In this document: positions 33,178-42,469 of the stretch, piece by piece
Position numbering within the stretch: position 1 is the stretch's first letter
Layout: every line of letters starts with the position of its first letter
Origin: a virus
Virus genome (UHGV): UHGV-0239872
Reading direction: 5' to 3' (one strand)
DNA length: 42,526 bases
Notes under the pieces: generated by a model
The model's database searches: none
What the model was told of the DNA's origin: nothing
Seen by the model: only the letters and a program-made list of their open reading frames with translations
Program-made: the position numbers and the translations under genes

Positions 33178-34077
33178 TTACAGACTCGGCAGGCCGAAGT
33201 CAGCATCGCCAGTCACGTCCGGCTCAGGCTTGGATGCTGCCGACTTGTCAGCCGCGCCAGCCGTTGCCAGCTCCTGCACTTCCTGCTTAACCTCAGCCAC
33301 TTCCTCTGGCTGGCCTACGTCGCCCAGCTCCGGCAGCTCAGCGATTGCTGAGCCAGCACCAGCGCCGTTCAGCAGCAGGTCAAGCGGAGAGCCGGGGAAC
33401 TCAGGAGATTCCAGCAGCTTGTCCTGAATCCAGTTCTTGGATTTGCCATCGTCGTTCTTGCCTTCGATGTACAGGGATTCCCAGTCTTCCTTGGTCGGAC
33501 GGTTCCACAGGAACAGCTTGAACAGAGTCTCGTCCTCAACCTCCGGCACCGGGTACGGCTGGTCAGTCACTGGGTCAACCGCGAGCATGATGTTCTCAAG
33601 GTCGATGTTGGCGTACACCTTCTTGTTCTCACCCTCGCCCGATTCGTTGTGGATAATCGGAACGATGAAGGTGTGGTTCAGAAGCTGCGCGAAGTGCTTC
33701 GCAGTCTTGTCCGGGTTCATACGCTTGAACAGTTTGTAAGCGCCGGACTTGCTGTTCAGGTCTTTCTTCACAGCGATGAACTGAGTGCGCACCTTGCCCG
33801 GCACCATCTTACCATTGACAACTTCATGGTAAGTCTCGCCGTTCTTGGCCTTGCCCCACAGTGCGAACTGGAGGAAGAACTTATTGACAGGCGGTTTGTC
33901 CGGTGCCTGCTTGGTCACGCTCGGCCCCACTTCAATGTAGCCAACCAGTCGCGCCAGTGCCTTACCTTCCGGCAGCAGCTTACCACCACCAGACGTGGCT
34001 TCGTTAAAGTCAAGTTCTTCCTCGTCAACATACTGCTCGACGATGGAGTTCATGCGATTCAATACAGATGCGGTCAT
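33178..34077 (-). CDS. hypothetical protein with acidic C-terminal tail ending DADFGLPSL (299 aa); possibly a DNA-binding accessory protein
   Basis: position between the DNAP and exonuclease genes; acidic C-terminus reminiscent of the T7 gp2.5 tail, not a confirmed match. Confidence 0.35.
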   Translation of the reverse strand: MTASVLNRMNSIVEQYVDEEELDFNEATSGGGKLLPEGKALARLVGYIEVGPSVTKQAPDKPPVNKFFLQFALWGKAKNGETYHEVVNGKMVPGKVRTQFIAVKKDLNSKSGAYKLFKRMNPDKTAKHFAQLLNHTFIVPIIHNESGEGENKKVYANIDLENIMLAVDPVTDQPYPVPEVEDETLFKLFLWNRPTKEDWESLYIEGKNDDGKSKNWIQDKLLESPEFPGSPLDLLLNGAGAGSAIAELPELGDVGQPEEVAEVKQEVQELATAGAADKSAASKPEPDVTGDADFGLPSL

Positions 34078-36539
34078 AGTGCGATACCCTTACTCAACAG
34101 GAATTGTCTCTTAAACTCCAGCACTTCATCGGCTGTCGTCTCTACGTGGTGCTTCTCGTACATGCTTGGCCCTGCTTCCACCTCTGCCGGGAACGGCACT
34201 GTCAGGTTATACTCTGGCCATACGTGGTTATAGTATTCCGGGATGCTCTCCATGATTGCCTTGAGTCCAACGAAGAACTCGTGAGGGCAGTCAGGTGCAA
34301 TGTCGAAATAGAATGCGTCATGCACTTGGTTGATGGGAACCACACGCCCACCAAAGAAGTCGTTCGATAGCAGCCAGCGGAACAGCAGGCCACCGATTCC
34401 CTGTACCCAAAATGCGGTCTCACCCTGAATAGGATAGTTACGCATCTGAGTTGGTTTGTATTCCATCAGGTGAGCACGCGCCGCCTTGTTCCATTTCTCA
34501 TACTGACGGAATGAGTAACAAGTTCCACCCGGCGACCGGAAGTGACCACGGCGATACACCTGCCATCTTCCGTTCTCGTCCTGCTCCTTGAACACATTGC
34601 TCTGTCCACTTTTCTCTACGGCTGGGAAGATAACCGAGTCGAACCATTCTTCAACTTCCGGGAACAGACCCTTCTCGTTGTCGATGAACGCTTGTGCTTC
34701 TTCCTCAGAGCAACCAGTCGAGTACGCAATGCCTCGCGCTGTTGCACCATACTGGTATGAGAACGCCTTCGGCTTAATGTCAGTACGCATCTGACTGTAT
34801 CGTGCATGGTCAGGATGGGATTCATCCTTGCACTTCTTAAGCACGTCCTCGTATGGCTCGTTGAGCTGAGCTGACAGACGCATACAGTGCATGTCGATAC
34901 CGTCGAGCAATGCACGAATCAGGTTCTTATCCTTGCTGAACCCGGCCAGCCCCACCACTTCCAGCGCCGAGTAGTCAGCCTCAACGATGCGGCCACCTTC
35001 ACCAAAGCGGGAGGTGAACATCTGCTTAACTTTACTCGTGCCTTTACGTGGCAAGTTCTGACTGTTAGGTCGCGCCGATGATAAGCGCGTCGTCTCCGTC
35101 GCGGTCATGTTGATGGTGTGGTGTACGATACTGTCCGGCTGGATGAACTGCATCATCCCCGACTGGCCAGTCACGTTCCCTTCTTCATCGAACGTCTCGC
35201 TCAGGTAGTAAGTGCCGAGGTCTTTCTGTGCCTTGGCTCGGTCGGCAATCTCCACCACGCCGGGAATCTTACGTGCTGCCAGAATGTCCAGCACCTCACC
35301 CGCCGTACTGAATACCGGACTGCCATCGGCAAGCCTGCGCTTACCAACCCAGTCACCCGTGCGCCGCAGGTATTCGCCCGGTCGCTTCGGGTCTTCCCAT
35401 TCGAGGTTGTCTGCAATCTCCTTCGCCCGTTTGTCCTGCACACGCAGGAGGCCCGGCATTCGGAACAGCACCTCACCCCACTTGGTATCCACTTCATCCG
35501 TTGCCAGCTTCTCGAACTTGGGCGCACCCTTGTTCTTACCACTGGTGTAGATGGTCTGGTGTACCTTCTCAACCGGGTCATACCATAGCCCGGTCTCGGC
35601 ATCCCACTCGCACTCGCTGGTATGCTTGACCCACTTGTCCTTGCCACGCTTGAACAGTGGTGCATCCACCTTGACGTAAATGAGATTGCCATCCCCATCC
35701 CGGCGCTCGACTCGCGCCTTGTACTTCATCACGCCGCCGAACACGAACGCACTCATGTGGTAAGCTGACGTGAACTTGAACTGGTCACGCGCTTCCTGTG
35801 GCATGTCGGCTGGCAGGTAACTCAGCAGCGTATCAGTCAGCCCACTGATTGCATCCTGCAACTCACGGCGGTTGCGCTCGGCAACCTCGCGGTCAACGTG
35901 CAGACCAGCGTGCATCATGTACGCCCACATGAGCATACCTTCGAACCGGGTCAGTGCCATCGGCAACATGCCCTGCTTCGTCAGCTCAGCCCACTGACCA
36001 ACGAACAGCTTGGTCGTGTTCTCGATATCGCCGGACGGCCCGGACAGATATTCGCTCAGCAGCTCAGGGTCAATCTGGCTGGTCAGGTATCCCGACTCCC
36101 ACATTGCCTTGACTGCATCCACCTTGTGAGTACCACCATACTTCGGTGCTGTCTCATTCAAGGATGGGTACTGGGATTGTTGGTGCGTCAGCAGATACTC
36201 AGCATACGCCGTACAGAATACACGGCCACCTCGTTTGAGGAAGGCGATGAACTCGTCACCGTAATGCTCGAACCACCAACTCAATTCATACGGCGCGTTG
36301 TGGGCTACCAGAATGTTCGTGTCAGGATGCAGGTGCAGGCTCTTGTTCTGCAACCAATCCTCCCTCGAACTGTACCGGTATTCCTCGCGCTCGTAGAACA
36401 CCCAGCCATCCTTGGTCAGCACACAGTCACGCTGGCCCTGCATCACCACGTAGTTATCCGGGCAGCGCGGCGATGCCAGCTCCCCATACCACTCGTGGTT
36501 CTCGGTCTCAACGTCAATCACCTGTGCTCGAATTGCCAT
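34074..36539 (-). CDS. family A DNA polymerase with 3'-5' exonuclease domain (T7 gp5-like, 821 aa)
   Basis: IDVETE (Exo I), ADYSALEV (motif A), KAFSYQYGATARG (motif B), INQVHDAF (motif C); GGAGGA SD before ATG 36537-36539. Confidence 0.9.
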   Translation of the reverse strand: MAIRAQVIDVETENHEWYGELASPRCPDNYVVMQGQRDCVLTKDGWVFYEREEYRYSSREDWLQNKSLHLHPDTNILVAHNAPYELSWWFEHYGDEFIAFLKRGGRVFCTAYAEYLLTHQQSQYPSLNETAPKYGGTHKVDAVKAMWESGYLTSQIDPELLSEYLSGPSGDIENTTKLFVGQWAELTKQGMLPMALTRFEGMLMWAYMMHAGLHVDREVAERNRRELQDAISGLTDTLLSYLPADMPQEARDQFKFTSAYHMSAFVFGGVMKYKARVERRDGDGNLIYVKVDAPLFKRGKDKWVKHTSECEWDAETGLWYDPVEKVHQTIYTSGKNKGAPKFEKLATDEVDTKWGEVLFRMPGLLRVQDKRAKEIADNLEWEDPKRPGEYLRRTGDWVGKRRLADGSPVFSTAGEVLDILAARKIPGVVEIADRAKAQKDLGTYYLSETFDEEGNVTGQSGMMQFIQPDSIVHHTINMTATETTRLSSARPNSQNLPRKGTSKVKQMFTSRFGEGGRIVEADYSALEVVGLAGFSKDKNLIRALLDGIDMHCMRLSAQLNEPYEDVLKKCKDESHPDHARYSQMRTDIKPKAFSYQYGATARGIAYSTGCSEEEAQAFIDNEKGLFPEVEEWFDSVIFPAVEKSGQSNVFKEQDENGRWQVYRRGHFRSPGGTCYSFRQYEKWNKAARAHLMEYKPTQMRNYPIQGETAFWVQGIGGLLFRWLLSNDFFGGRVVPINQVHDAFYFDIAPDCPHEFFVGLKAIMESIPEYYNHVWPEYNLTVPFPAEVEAGPSMYEKHHVETTADEVLEFKRQFLLSKGIAL

Positions 36540-36549
36540 CAGTCCTCCG

Positions 36550-37233
36550 CTACGCTTGGCCACCTAAGTGGTCAGGCTTATTGTTCACGTACTCCTGAAT
36601 AAACGGCAGCAGCTTCTCATGCTTCTCCAGCATGTAGGCCATGCGACTCAGGCTGGCATCCGGTCGGCAGACACGGAGCGTCAGCAGGTCGTCATAGCTT
36701 CCAACCAGACTGGCCAGCGCCGGATACCACTGCACATCATCGGCGGTCAGCTTCGGCTCATACGGGTAAGCCATGAACTCGCCGGGGTCTCGGCTGTACT
36801 GCCCGGAGTATCGCGGGATACTGGACGGGAAGTAGAACTGGTTCAGGTTGAAGTCGAACTCACCCAGCACCTGTGACCAGCAGCCACACTTGCTCACGAT
36901 GATATCAACCGGGCCTAGCTTGAACACACCATACAGACGGGAACCGAAGTCGCCGCCTTCGCTCGCGTCGTGGTAGCTTGGCATGAACTCATACGGCAGG
37001 TTGTGCTGCTTGGCATAGTCCTCCAGTCTGGAGTCCAGCCAGTCCAGTCGGCCAACCACACGGCTTATGTCGCTACCCCAACCGAAGACCACAATGTCAT
37101 AGTCCTTCGGCTCAACACCCAGCGCGGTATCCCTTGCCCCTCCCCCGGCAACCACGAAGTTCAGTTCTTCGGATTGCAGCAGACGGCAGATATCTTCTGC
37201 CCACACGCGCTTGACTTCGGCATTACTTGTCAT
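36550..37233 (-). CDS. Pol beta-superfamily nucleotidyltransferase (227 aa)
   Basis: VVAGGGARDTALGVEPKDYDIVV matches hGG-x(9-13)-DhDh, as in the CCA-adding / poly(A) polymerase head domain GGxVRD...DxD; AAGGGG SD. Confidence 0.5.
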   Translation of the reverse strand: MTSNAEVKRVWAEDICRLLQSEELNFVVAGGGARDTALGVEPKDYDIVVFGWGSDISRVVGRLDWLDSRLEDYAKQHNLPYEFMPSYHDASEGGDFGSRLYGVFKLGPVDIIVSKCGCWSQVLGEFDFNLNQFYFPSSIPRYSGQYSRDPGEFMAYPYEPKLTADDVQWYPALASLVGSYDDLLTLRVCRPDASLSRMAYMLEKHEKLLPFIQEYVNNKPDHLGGQA

Positions 37234-37414
37234 GCTTCTGTTTCCCCTTACGATAAGTGAAGTTCACCACGGCCACCACATCAGCAGGCGGCACATTGAA
37301 TCGCTCAGCCAGCGCCTCAGCACCACGGAACGCATCACCCTTCCGGTACTGCGCCCGGATGGTAGCCTGCTCACGTTGGTTTAAGGGTGCCGCTCGATAC
37401 GTGCGTTCTTCCAT
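37223..37414 (-). CDS. hypothetical basic protein (63 aa)
   Basis: GGAG 9 nt upstream of the ATG; overlaps an alternative-frame zinc-ribbon ORF (see findings). Confidence 0.4.
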   Translation of the reverse strand: MEERTYRAAPLNQREQATIRAQYRKGDAFRGAEALAERFNVPPADVVAVVNFTYRKGKQKHDK

Positions 37415-37534
37415 ACTGCTTTACTCCACACTTTTCACATTCATAAATCACCAGCACTTTGCCAGTGGCCTTGCCCTTTACCTGCTCAGTCAGCAGGCTG
37501 CCGCCGCAAGAGCAACGGCGATAGCTGCGCCCCT

Positions 37535-37876
37535 TCACCACTTACTCGGCGTGGAACCGGGAAGGTAGTTGGTCGTAGGCTTGCGCTCGACGTACTGATT
37601 GTATACTGACATGGCATCACACGCTGCCTGATACAGTCGTTCAGCTTCTGCATAGCTCCAGTCCTCGACAGGTTGTACTGGCTCAGCTACCTCTGCGAGC
37701 TGCCAAGACTTGGGCCGCGCAGTCCACGAGCCGCCGACACCGGAACCCCGCGCACCATCATCACGACTGATGCTGATGTAGCGGTCACTCACATCCACGA
37801 TGGTGCCAGTCGCACCGTAATGCACACTGCCCTTATCTACGTTTACTACGCGGTCGCCTACTTTCAGTCTGCTCAT
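37535..37876 (-). CDS. hypothetical protein (113 aa)
   Basis: ORF whose start overlaps the helicase stop. Confidence 0.45.
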   Translation of the reverse strand: MSRLKVGDRVVNVDKGSVHYGATGTIVDVSDRYISISRDDGARGSGVGGSWTARPKSWQLAEVAEPVQPVEDWSYAEAERLYQAACDAMSVYNQYVERKPTTNYLPGSTPSKW

Positions 37877-39141
37877 TACATATCCTCATATTGGCAGCGG
37901 TCAGCAAAGAAGTGTACCTGTGACCGCACGTTGCTTGGACGCCCAGCAATCTGGCGTTTGTTCTTCGGCGTACTGACACCGCGCCGCGCCGCCAGCGATG
38001 GGTCATCCACGCTGCCGAGCATCACGATAACATCAGTCGCCCCTTGGATACCAGTCTTGGAATCCTTTAATGCGTCAAGCGCCGGGAACATATCATCGGC
38101 ACCATCGGCTGATACCTGAACCGTAGCCAGTGACACGAAGTTGTGTCGCACTGCCAGCTCACGTACCTCCTGCCATAGCTGCTCGACCTGACTCGCCTTG
38201 TTGCTCGACGGGTCAGACACAGACAGCTTGAAGTTGGCAAGCATATCCCACACCACGATGCACGGGTTCATCGCTTCGATAACCTGCTCAGCTTTCGCCA
38301 GTGTCGCGCCGTGCATATCCTTCACACGAATCACGTTGGCTGGCGCACCCAGTGCTTTGGCATACGCAGCGTGCAGCTTGCCCCTGTCCTCACCCAGCGC
38401 TTTCAGTTCCGGGAGCGTACAGTTGAGCGCCGCCTGATAGATGCGCGGGATGATGTTGATGCCCTGCCCTTCGTTGTTGAACCACAGGATTGGTCTGCCC
38501 GGATATAGCTTCGCTGCTGTCGCCGCCATTCGCGTAAGGTTAAACGCGATGAAGCTGGTCTTCCCACTGTCAGGTCGGGCAGCGATTGCAACGGAGTCGC
38601 CGGGAAGCAGTACGCGTACGCTATCTTGCAGACACATGAGACCGAACTTAAAGCCTTGGTCATCATCAGTGCGATTAATAATGTCCACAACATCGTCATC
38701 GACATAATCGGTAACTGATGATTGCCCCCGACTGCGGCGTGCGCCCTCAGCCAGACGGCCAAGCTCATAGATAATATCCAGTTCTTCACCATTGTCGTAC
38801 CTCTGCATCAGCAGGTTCGCACGGCCAGCGGTGTCCAACTCTACGAGCTGGTCAAGGATGCCTTCCTTCTGTTCCTTCGTGGGCTGATACTCTTTGAGCT
38901 GAGCACACAATGAATCGAAGGCTGCCATCTGTTCAGGCGTGCTGCCTGTCTTCAAACGAACATGCGTACCCAGTGTCTCAATGTCAATGAAATCACTGTC
39001 CGGGAACGCGTCAAAGTATGAGCCGTAAGCACGCAGCATATAGCCCGTGGTCTGGCTCATTGTATCTTCCGGGATGGCGTGTCGCAGGGAGTTATACTTC
39101 CCGCGCTCGCGCATCACCGTTAACAACAGCTTGTCAAGCAC
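37876..39141 (-). CDS. DnaB-like replicative helicase (T7 gp4 helicase-domain-like, 421 aa)
   Basis: Walker A AARPDSGKTSF; RecA-like core; follows the primase. Confidence 0.85.
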   Translation of the reverse strand: MLDKLLLTVMRERGKYNSLRHAIPEDTMSQTTGYMLRAYGSYFDAFPDSDFIDIETLGTHVRLKTGSTPEQMAAFDSLCAQLKEYQPTKEQKEGILDQLVELDTAGRANLLMQRYDNGEELDIIYELGRLAEGARRSRGQSSVTDYVDDDVVDIINRTDDDQGFKFGLMCLQDSVRVLLPGDSVAIAARPDSGKTSFIAFNLTRMAATAAKLYPGRPILWFNNEGQGINIIPRIYQAALNCTLPELKALGEDRGKLHAAYAKALGAPANVIRVKDMHGATLAKAEQVIEAMNPCIVVWDMLANFKLSVSDPSSNKASQVEQLWQEVRELAVRHNFVSLATVQVSADGADDMFPALDALKDSKTGIQGATDVIVMLGSVDDPSLAARRGVSTPKNKRQIAGRPSNVRSQVHFFADRCQYEDM

Positions 39142-39142
39142 A

Positions 39143-39853
39143 TCACTCTCCTACGATTTGCACACGCCCAACGACACGCAGCTCCCGGCGTATGCGCTGA
39201 GCACTTGGGTGGTGGCAGATAACCACGAGGTTGTATCCATACGCCAGCGTCACACTGACCAGCGCCTGCAACGTTGAGTCGTCCACGTTTGGAACGAACG
39301 CGCAGTTGCCGCCGTCGCGTACCTGCTGGAGATACTCGTCCACCTCACCATAAATCCAGAGGCAGTTGGTCTCAGCATTACCACGAGGGCTGACCTTCAT
39401 TGCCAAGCTGTGCTTGTGCGGCGAGCGCCACGGGATGAACTGCCTGCCAGTGTAGTCCAGACCACAGTAGCTGCCCGTGTCGTCCGGCAGATACAGCCTG
39501 CCATACGTTGGGCTTGCAGTCAGGATAGACAGGTGAGGCATCAGGTTCTCCCGCTCCAGCACAGGTAGCAGCAAGCGCGGCTGCTTGGCAATCACCTCAG
39601 TGATAGGCACTACATCCGTAGGCACCTTCACTTGCACCTCCGCTGGCGGCACATACACAGCATGGGTTAAGTCATGCTTGCGGCTGTACCCGCAGCGGTG
39701 GCACTTGCACCAGATGTAATCCGGCGCACGACCGTACTCGAAGTTGGTCTTGTTGAATGACCGCGAGCAACTGTGAAACGTCCTTCGCTTTTGTCCTACT
39801 GGCAGACGCTTCGCCAGCTCCGGCCACTCGTCGTTGCTCACTGATTTCATCAT
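39143..39853 (-). CDS. DNA primase (zinc-ribbon plus TOPRIM-like, 236 aa)
   Basis: HSCSRSF...CKCHRCGY zinc motif; IYGEVDE / NVDDST acidic TOPRIM-like residues; position directly upstream of the helicase. Confidence 0.55.
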   Translation of the reverse strand: MMKSVSNDEWPELAKRLPVGQKRRTFHSCSRSFNKTNFEYGRAPDYIWCKCHRCGYSRKHDLTHAVYVPPAEVQVKVPTDVVPITEVIAKQPRLLLPVLERENLMPHLSILTASPTYGRLYLPDDTGSYCGLDYTGRQFIPWRSPHKHSLAMKVSPRGNAETNCLWIYGEVDEYLQQVRDGGNCAFVPNVDDSTLQALVSVTLAYGYNLVVICHHPSAQRIRRELRVVGRVQIVGE

Positions 39854-40290
39854 TCGTTATCCCAGTCCGGTATGTACTGAATCTTCTTCTTCATCTTCAC
39901 GCTGGCCACAACTTGCAGCACACGGACAGTACCACCGTGGCGCTCGGCCAGACGCTCAGCTTCATCACGCGCCTCACGCTCAGTGATATGCTCAACCTTC
40001 GGCGGCGCGTTGCTGCCTTCGACCAAGCACATGAACCGACCACGCTTCTCGGCTGGCGTGCTGACCAGACTGGTGTTGTCTTCCAGCCAGTCAGATTTGT
40101 AGTGGCTGATATCCGGCTGCGCATTCATGCGCTCACCAATCCAGCTCACGATGTAACGGGTCTCCCCGCTACGCTCCCACGCTCGGCGGTCAGGGTTAAC
40201 CCATGCGATGATGCCCAGCTTACCCGACCGGGTGCCAGTGCCATCGTCGCCTACGATTTCATCCCCGACTTTATACTTTGGCTTCACCAT
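39850..40290 (-). CDS. hypothetical protein (146 aa)
   Basis: ORF in gene-dense minus-strand block. Confidence 0.45.
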   Translation of the reverse strand: MVKPKYKVGDEIVGDDGTGTRSGKLGIIAWVNPDRRAWERSGETRYIVSWIGERMNAQPDISHYKSDWLEDNTSLVSTPAEKRGRFMCLVEGSNAPPKVEHITEREARDEAERLAERHGGTVRVLQVVASVKMKKKIQYIPDWDNE

Positions 40291-40487
40291 TTAATCCACC
40301 TCCGGCTCTGGCCTACGTCAAGGCTGAACGCCATTAAGCCCCAGCCCACCAGCATACCGAGTATCGTACCCAACCCACCCGTCGCTGATTCACCAAGGGC
40401 AGGCACCAGCACAGTTACTGCCAGTACGCACCAGATAGCACCCCATATTAATACGAGGAACAGGAACAACAATATAACTCTGAACAT
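40284..40487 (-). CDS. small two-TMD membrane protein with basic C-terminus (67 aa, holin-like topology)
   Basis: two hydrophobic helices; C-terminal QSRRWIKW; GAGGA SD. Confidence 0.5.
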   Translation of the reverse strand: MFRVILLFLFLVLIWGAIWCVLAVTVLVPALGESATGGLGTILGMLVGWGLMAFSLDVGQSRRWIKW

Positions 40488-40506
40488 ATTTCATCCTCAC
40501 GTTGGC

Positions 40507-40550
40507 CAATATAGTTACCTTCATAATGCCAGCTAAATAATAACTGGCAT
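40507..40550. promoter_or_regulatory. AT-rich intergenic element: degenerate third copy of the TATAGTTAC motif (ATATAGTTACCTTC, plus orientation) plus a perfect 7-bp hairpin ATGCCAG-11nt-CTGGCAT
   Basis: 12/14 match to the ACTATAGTTACTTTC core; hairpin at 40526-40550. Confidence 0.3.
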
Positions 40551-40560
40551 GAGTAGATGA

Positions 40561-40752
40561 CTACGCCGGAATAACATTACGGACTATGCGTTGCAGGTCT
40601 TCGAGTTTACTCTCGGCCTCCCACTTTGTATCACGCACAGCCAAAGGTTTATTCGGCTGGAGTTTATTAACAACCCACCAGAATAATCCGGTGGGTGATT
40701 TGATTACGGCCAGCTTAGTGTCGCGTTGCATTCTTCGACTCCAGCATTGCAC
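40561..40752 (-). CDS. hypothetical protein (63 aa, start uncertain)
   Basis: ORF overlapping the upstream gene by 17-38 nt. Confidence 0.3.
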   Translation of the reverse strand: MQCWSRRMQRDTKLAVIKSPTGLFWWVVNKLQPNKPLAVRDTKWEAESKLEDLQRIVRNVIPA

Positions 40753-41227
40753 GAATCATTTCTTCAACGTTACCCTTGAGGGTACGAATCGTTGTGTTAA
40801 TGAACTCACCCACGAACAGCAGACCCAGCGCAGTCTCGCTGATATCCTTCGGCACGTTGGAGCACGCCATGTACCAGTCGTGGTATCGCTCAGCAATATC
40901 CTTGCTCGACATGGCCTGCGCCGCTATCTTGCCAGCCAGACGCAGCTCGACCTGTGCTTCTTCATCGCCAGCAGCCTGCGCCACCCGCATGTTCATGCCG
41001 ATGATGACGCTGACGTTGCGAGCCAGCAGCGCACCAGTACGAGTGGCCGGGATAATATTCAGTGCCGCCTCTTTACCAGCACGCACCGCGCCGATGTAGC
41101 TTTGCTTCGGCATGTACCCGCCTTTGTACTCAATGATTTCACTGAGCATCGGCTCGCTGTCGATGTGCTCAGCCAGCAGCTTGATTACTTCCAACTGCTT
41201 AGGGTTAAATGTTTTGAAGTCAATCAT
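40715..41227 (-). CDS. hypothetical protein (170 aa)
   Basis: ORF in operon context. Confidence 0.45.
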   Translation of the reverse strand: MIDFKTFNPKQLEVIKLLAEHIDSEPMLSEIIEYKGGYMPKQSYIGAVRAGKEAALNIIPATRTGALLARNVSVIIGMNMRVAQAAGDEEAQVELRLAGKIAAQAMSSKDIAERYHDWYMACSNVPKDISETALGLLFVGEFINTTIRTLKGNVEEMIRAMLESKNATRH

Positions 41228-41523
41228 TTGTTATCCTCTTTCAGAACGCGCACGGTGAACTCGTCGTCCTCGTACGCCTGCCACTCACGCTCAGGGCCAT
41301 GCCCCAGTTTGGTAACGACCAGTCGGCTGCCGTCATATTCCACGGCACCGATGCGCTGGATGTACCCGCCGTATGCTACCACGTAGTCGCCCAGCTTAAG
41401 CTCCTGCGTTTTCTTCTCGACGTATTGGAACGGCGAGTCGTCATGCACAGGTGCTGGCGGTGCGCCAAAGGCATCCACCAACCAACGCTGTAGCTTGGCT
41501 ACGTTCTCACTCCACTTACTCAT
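41224..41523 (-). CDS. hypothetical protein (99 aa, MSKWSENV...)
   Basis: AGAGAGGTG SD before ATG 41521-41523. Confidence 0.45.
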   Translation of the reverse strand: MSKWSENVAKLQRWLVDAFGAPPAPVHDDSPFQYVEKKTQELKLGDYVVAYGGYIQRIGAVEYDGSRLVVTKLGHGPEREWQAYEDDEFTVRVLKEDNK

Positions 41524-41525
41524 AG

Positions 41526-41810
41526 TCACACCTCTCTTTCTTCCAGCCATTGTTGCGCGGCTGCATACGCATCTTCATAACTGATGAAGCCGTCGAACTC
41601 GTCGCCGTTCGGTGCGAGGAAGCACCAGTCGAGGTGTTCATGTGGGTTGCCCCGCGAGAAGATTACGCAGGGGAATACGCCGCCGACCGAGTGCCCACGC
41701 AGGCCGCCGTTACCAGCACAGTGACCGAGCGTCGCGGCTACCCCACGCAGATGCTCAGCCTCACGGATTGCGCCAGCTTGTTCGATAAGTGATTCAGATG
41801 CCAGTACCAT
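41526..41810 (-). CDS. hypothetical protein (94 aa)
   Basis: ORF packed tightly in the operon. Confidence 0.4.
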   Translation of the reverse strand: MVLASESLIEQAGAIREAEHLRGVAATLGHCAGNGGLRGHSVGGVFPCVIFSRGNPHEHLDWCFLAPNGDEFDGFISYEDAYAAAQQWLEEREV

Positions 41811-41812
41811 AA

Positions 41813-41965
41813 CTACCCCCGGATTAAATAATATTCATGGTGCATGTAGTGACCGCCGAGGTATACCGCCCGGCTCATTAGGTTGGGGTTGCTCGCCCCG
41901 CCCAGCGCACAGTAACCAGCGTATGATATCTGGTTGGCGTGGGCATTGTATGTGCTCCCACTCAT
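41813..41965 (-). CDS. small Gly/Tyr/His-rich protein (50 aa, MSGSTYNAHANQ...)
   Basis: GAGCGAGG SD before ATG 41963-41965. Confidence 0.35.
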   Translation of the reverse strand: MSGSTYNAHANQISYAGYCALGGASNPNLMSRAVYLGGHYMHHEYYLIRG

Positions 41966-42021
41966 AGTAACCTCGCTCGTTTGATAATGACACAGCCCCC
42001 GCAAGCAGAGGCTGTAGCTTA

Positions 42022-42267
42022 TCACTCGACGATTTCGATGGTGTGACCAACGTGTGCGGCAGTGAATGCGAAGCACTCGTCACCCACATCGTCAACGAAG
42101 AAGATACCCTGCTCGTCAGTTGTGTAGCTGCCGTCAGGAAGTTCTTCACCATCCTCAACCAGCAGTGCGTCGTACTCTTTGCCGATGGTGGTGTCACGTA
42201 CTGCGCCAGAGAAATGCTCAGGCAGAGAGGTGTGACCGATGATGCGAATCAGAATTGAACGTGCCAT
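42022..42267 (-). CDS. hypothetical acidic protein (81 aa, MARSILIRI...)
   Basis: GAGGA SD 8 nt upstream of ATG 42265-42267. Confidence 0.45.
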   Translation of the reverse strand: MARSILIRIIGHTSLPEHFSGAVRDTTIGKEYDALLVEDGEELPDGSYTTDEQGIFFVDDVGDECFAFTAAHVGHTIEIVE

Positions 42268-42271
42268 ATAA

Positions 42272-42469
42272 TTAGTCCTCGTTGTCAATACCAAAGAGAT
42301 ACATCTGCCCTTCATAGATGGGAGTCAGTACCTTGAGCCACGTCTGGACAGCCAGCGGCGCGGCGCTATGATGTTGCTCGTTCAGCAGGTCAATGATGAA
42401 TGGCCTGCGTCCGGCGTACGCTTTGAAGCGGTCGATGATTTGCTCGTCGGTCGCCTCGCTCGTCAGCAT
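42272..42469 (-). CDS. hypothetical protein (65 aa)
   Basis: ORF at window edge. Confidence 0.35.
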   Translation of the reverse strand: MLTSEATDEQIIDRFKAYAGRRPFIIDLLNEQHHSAAPLAVQTWLKVLTPIYEGQMYLFGIDNED

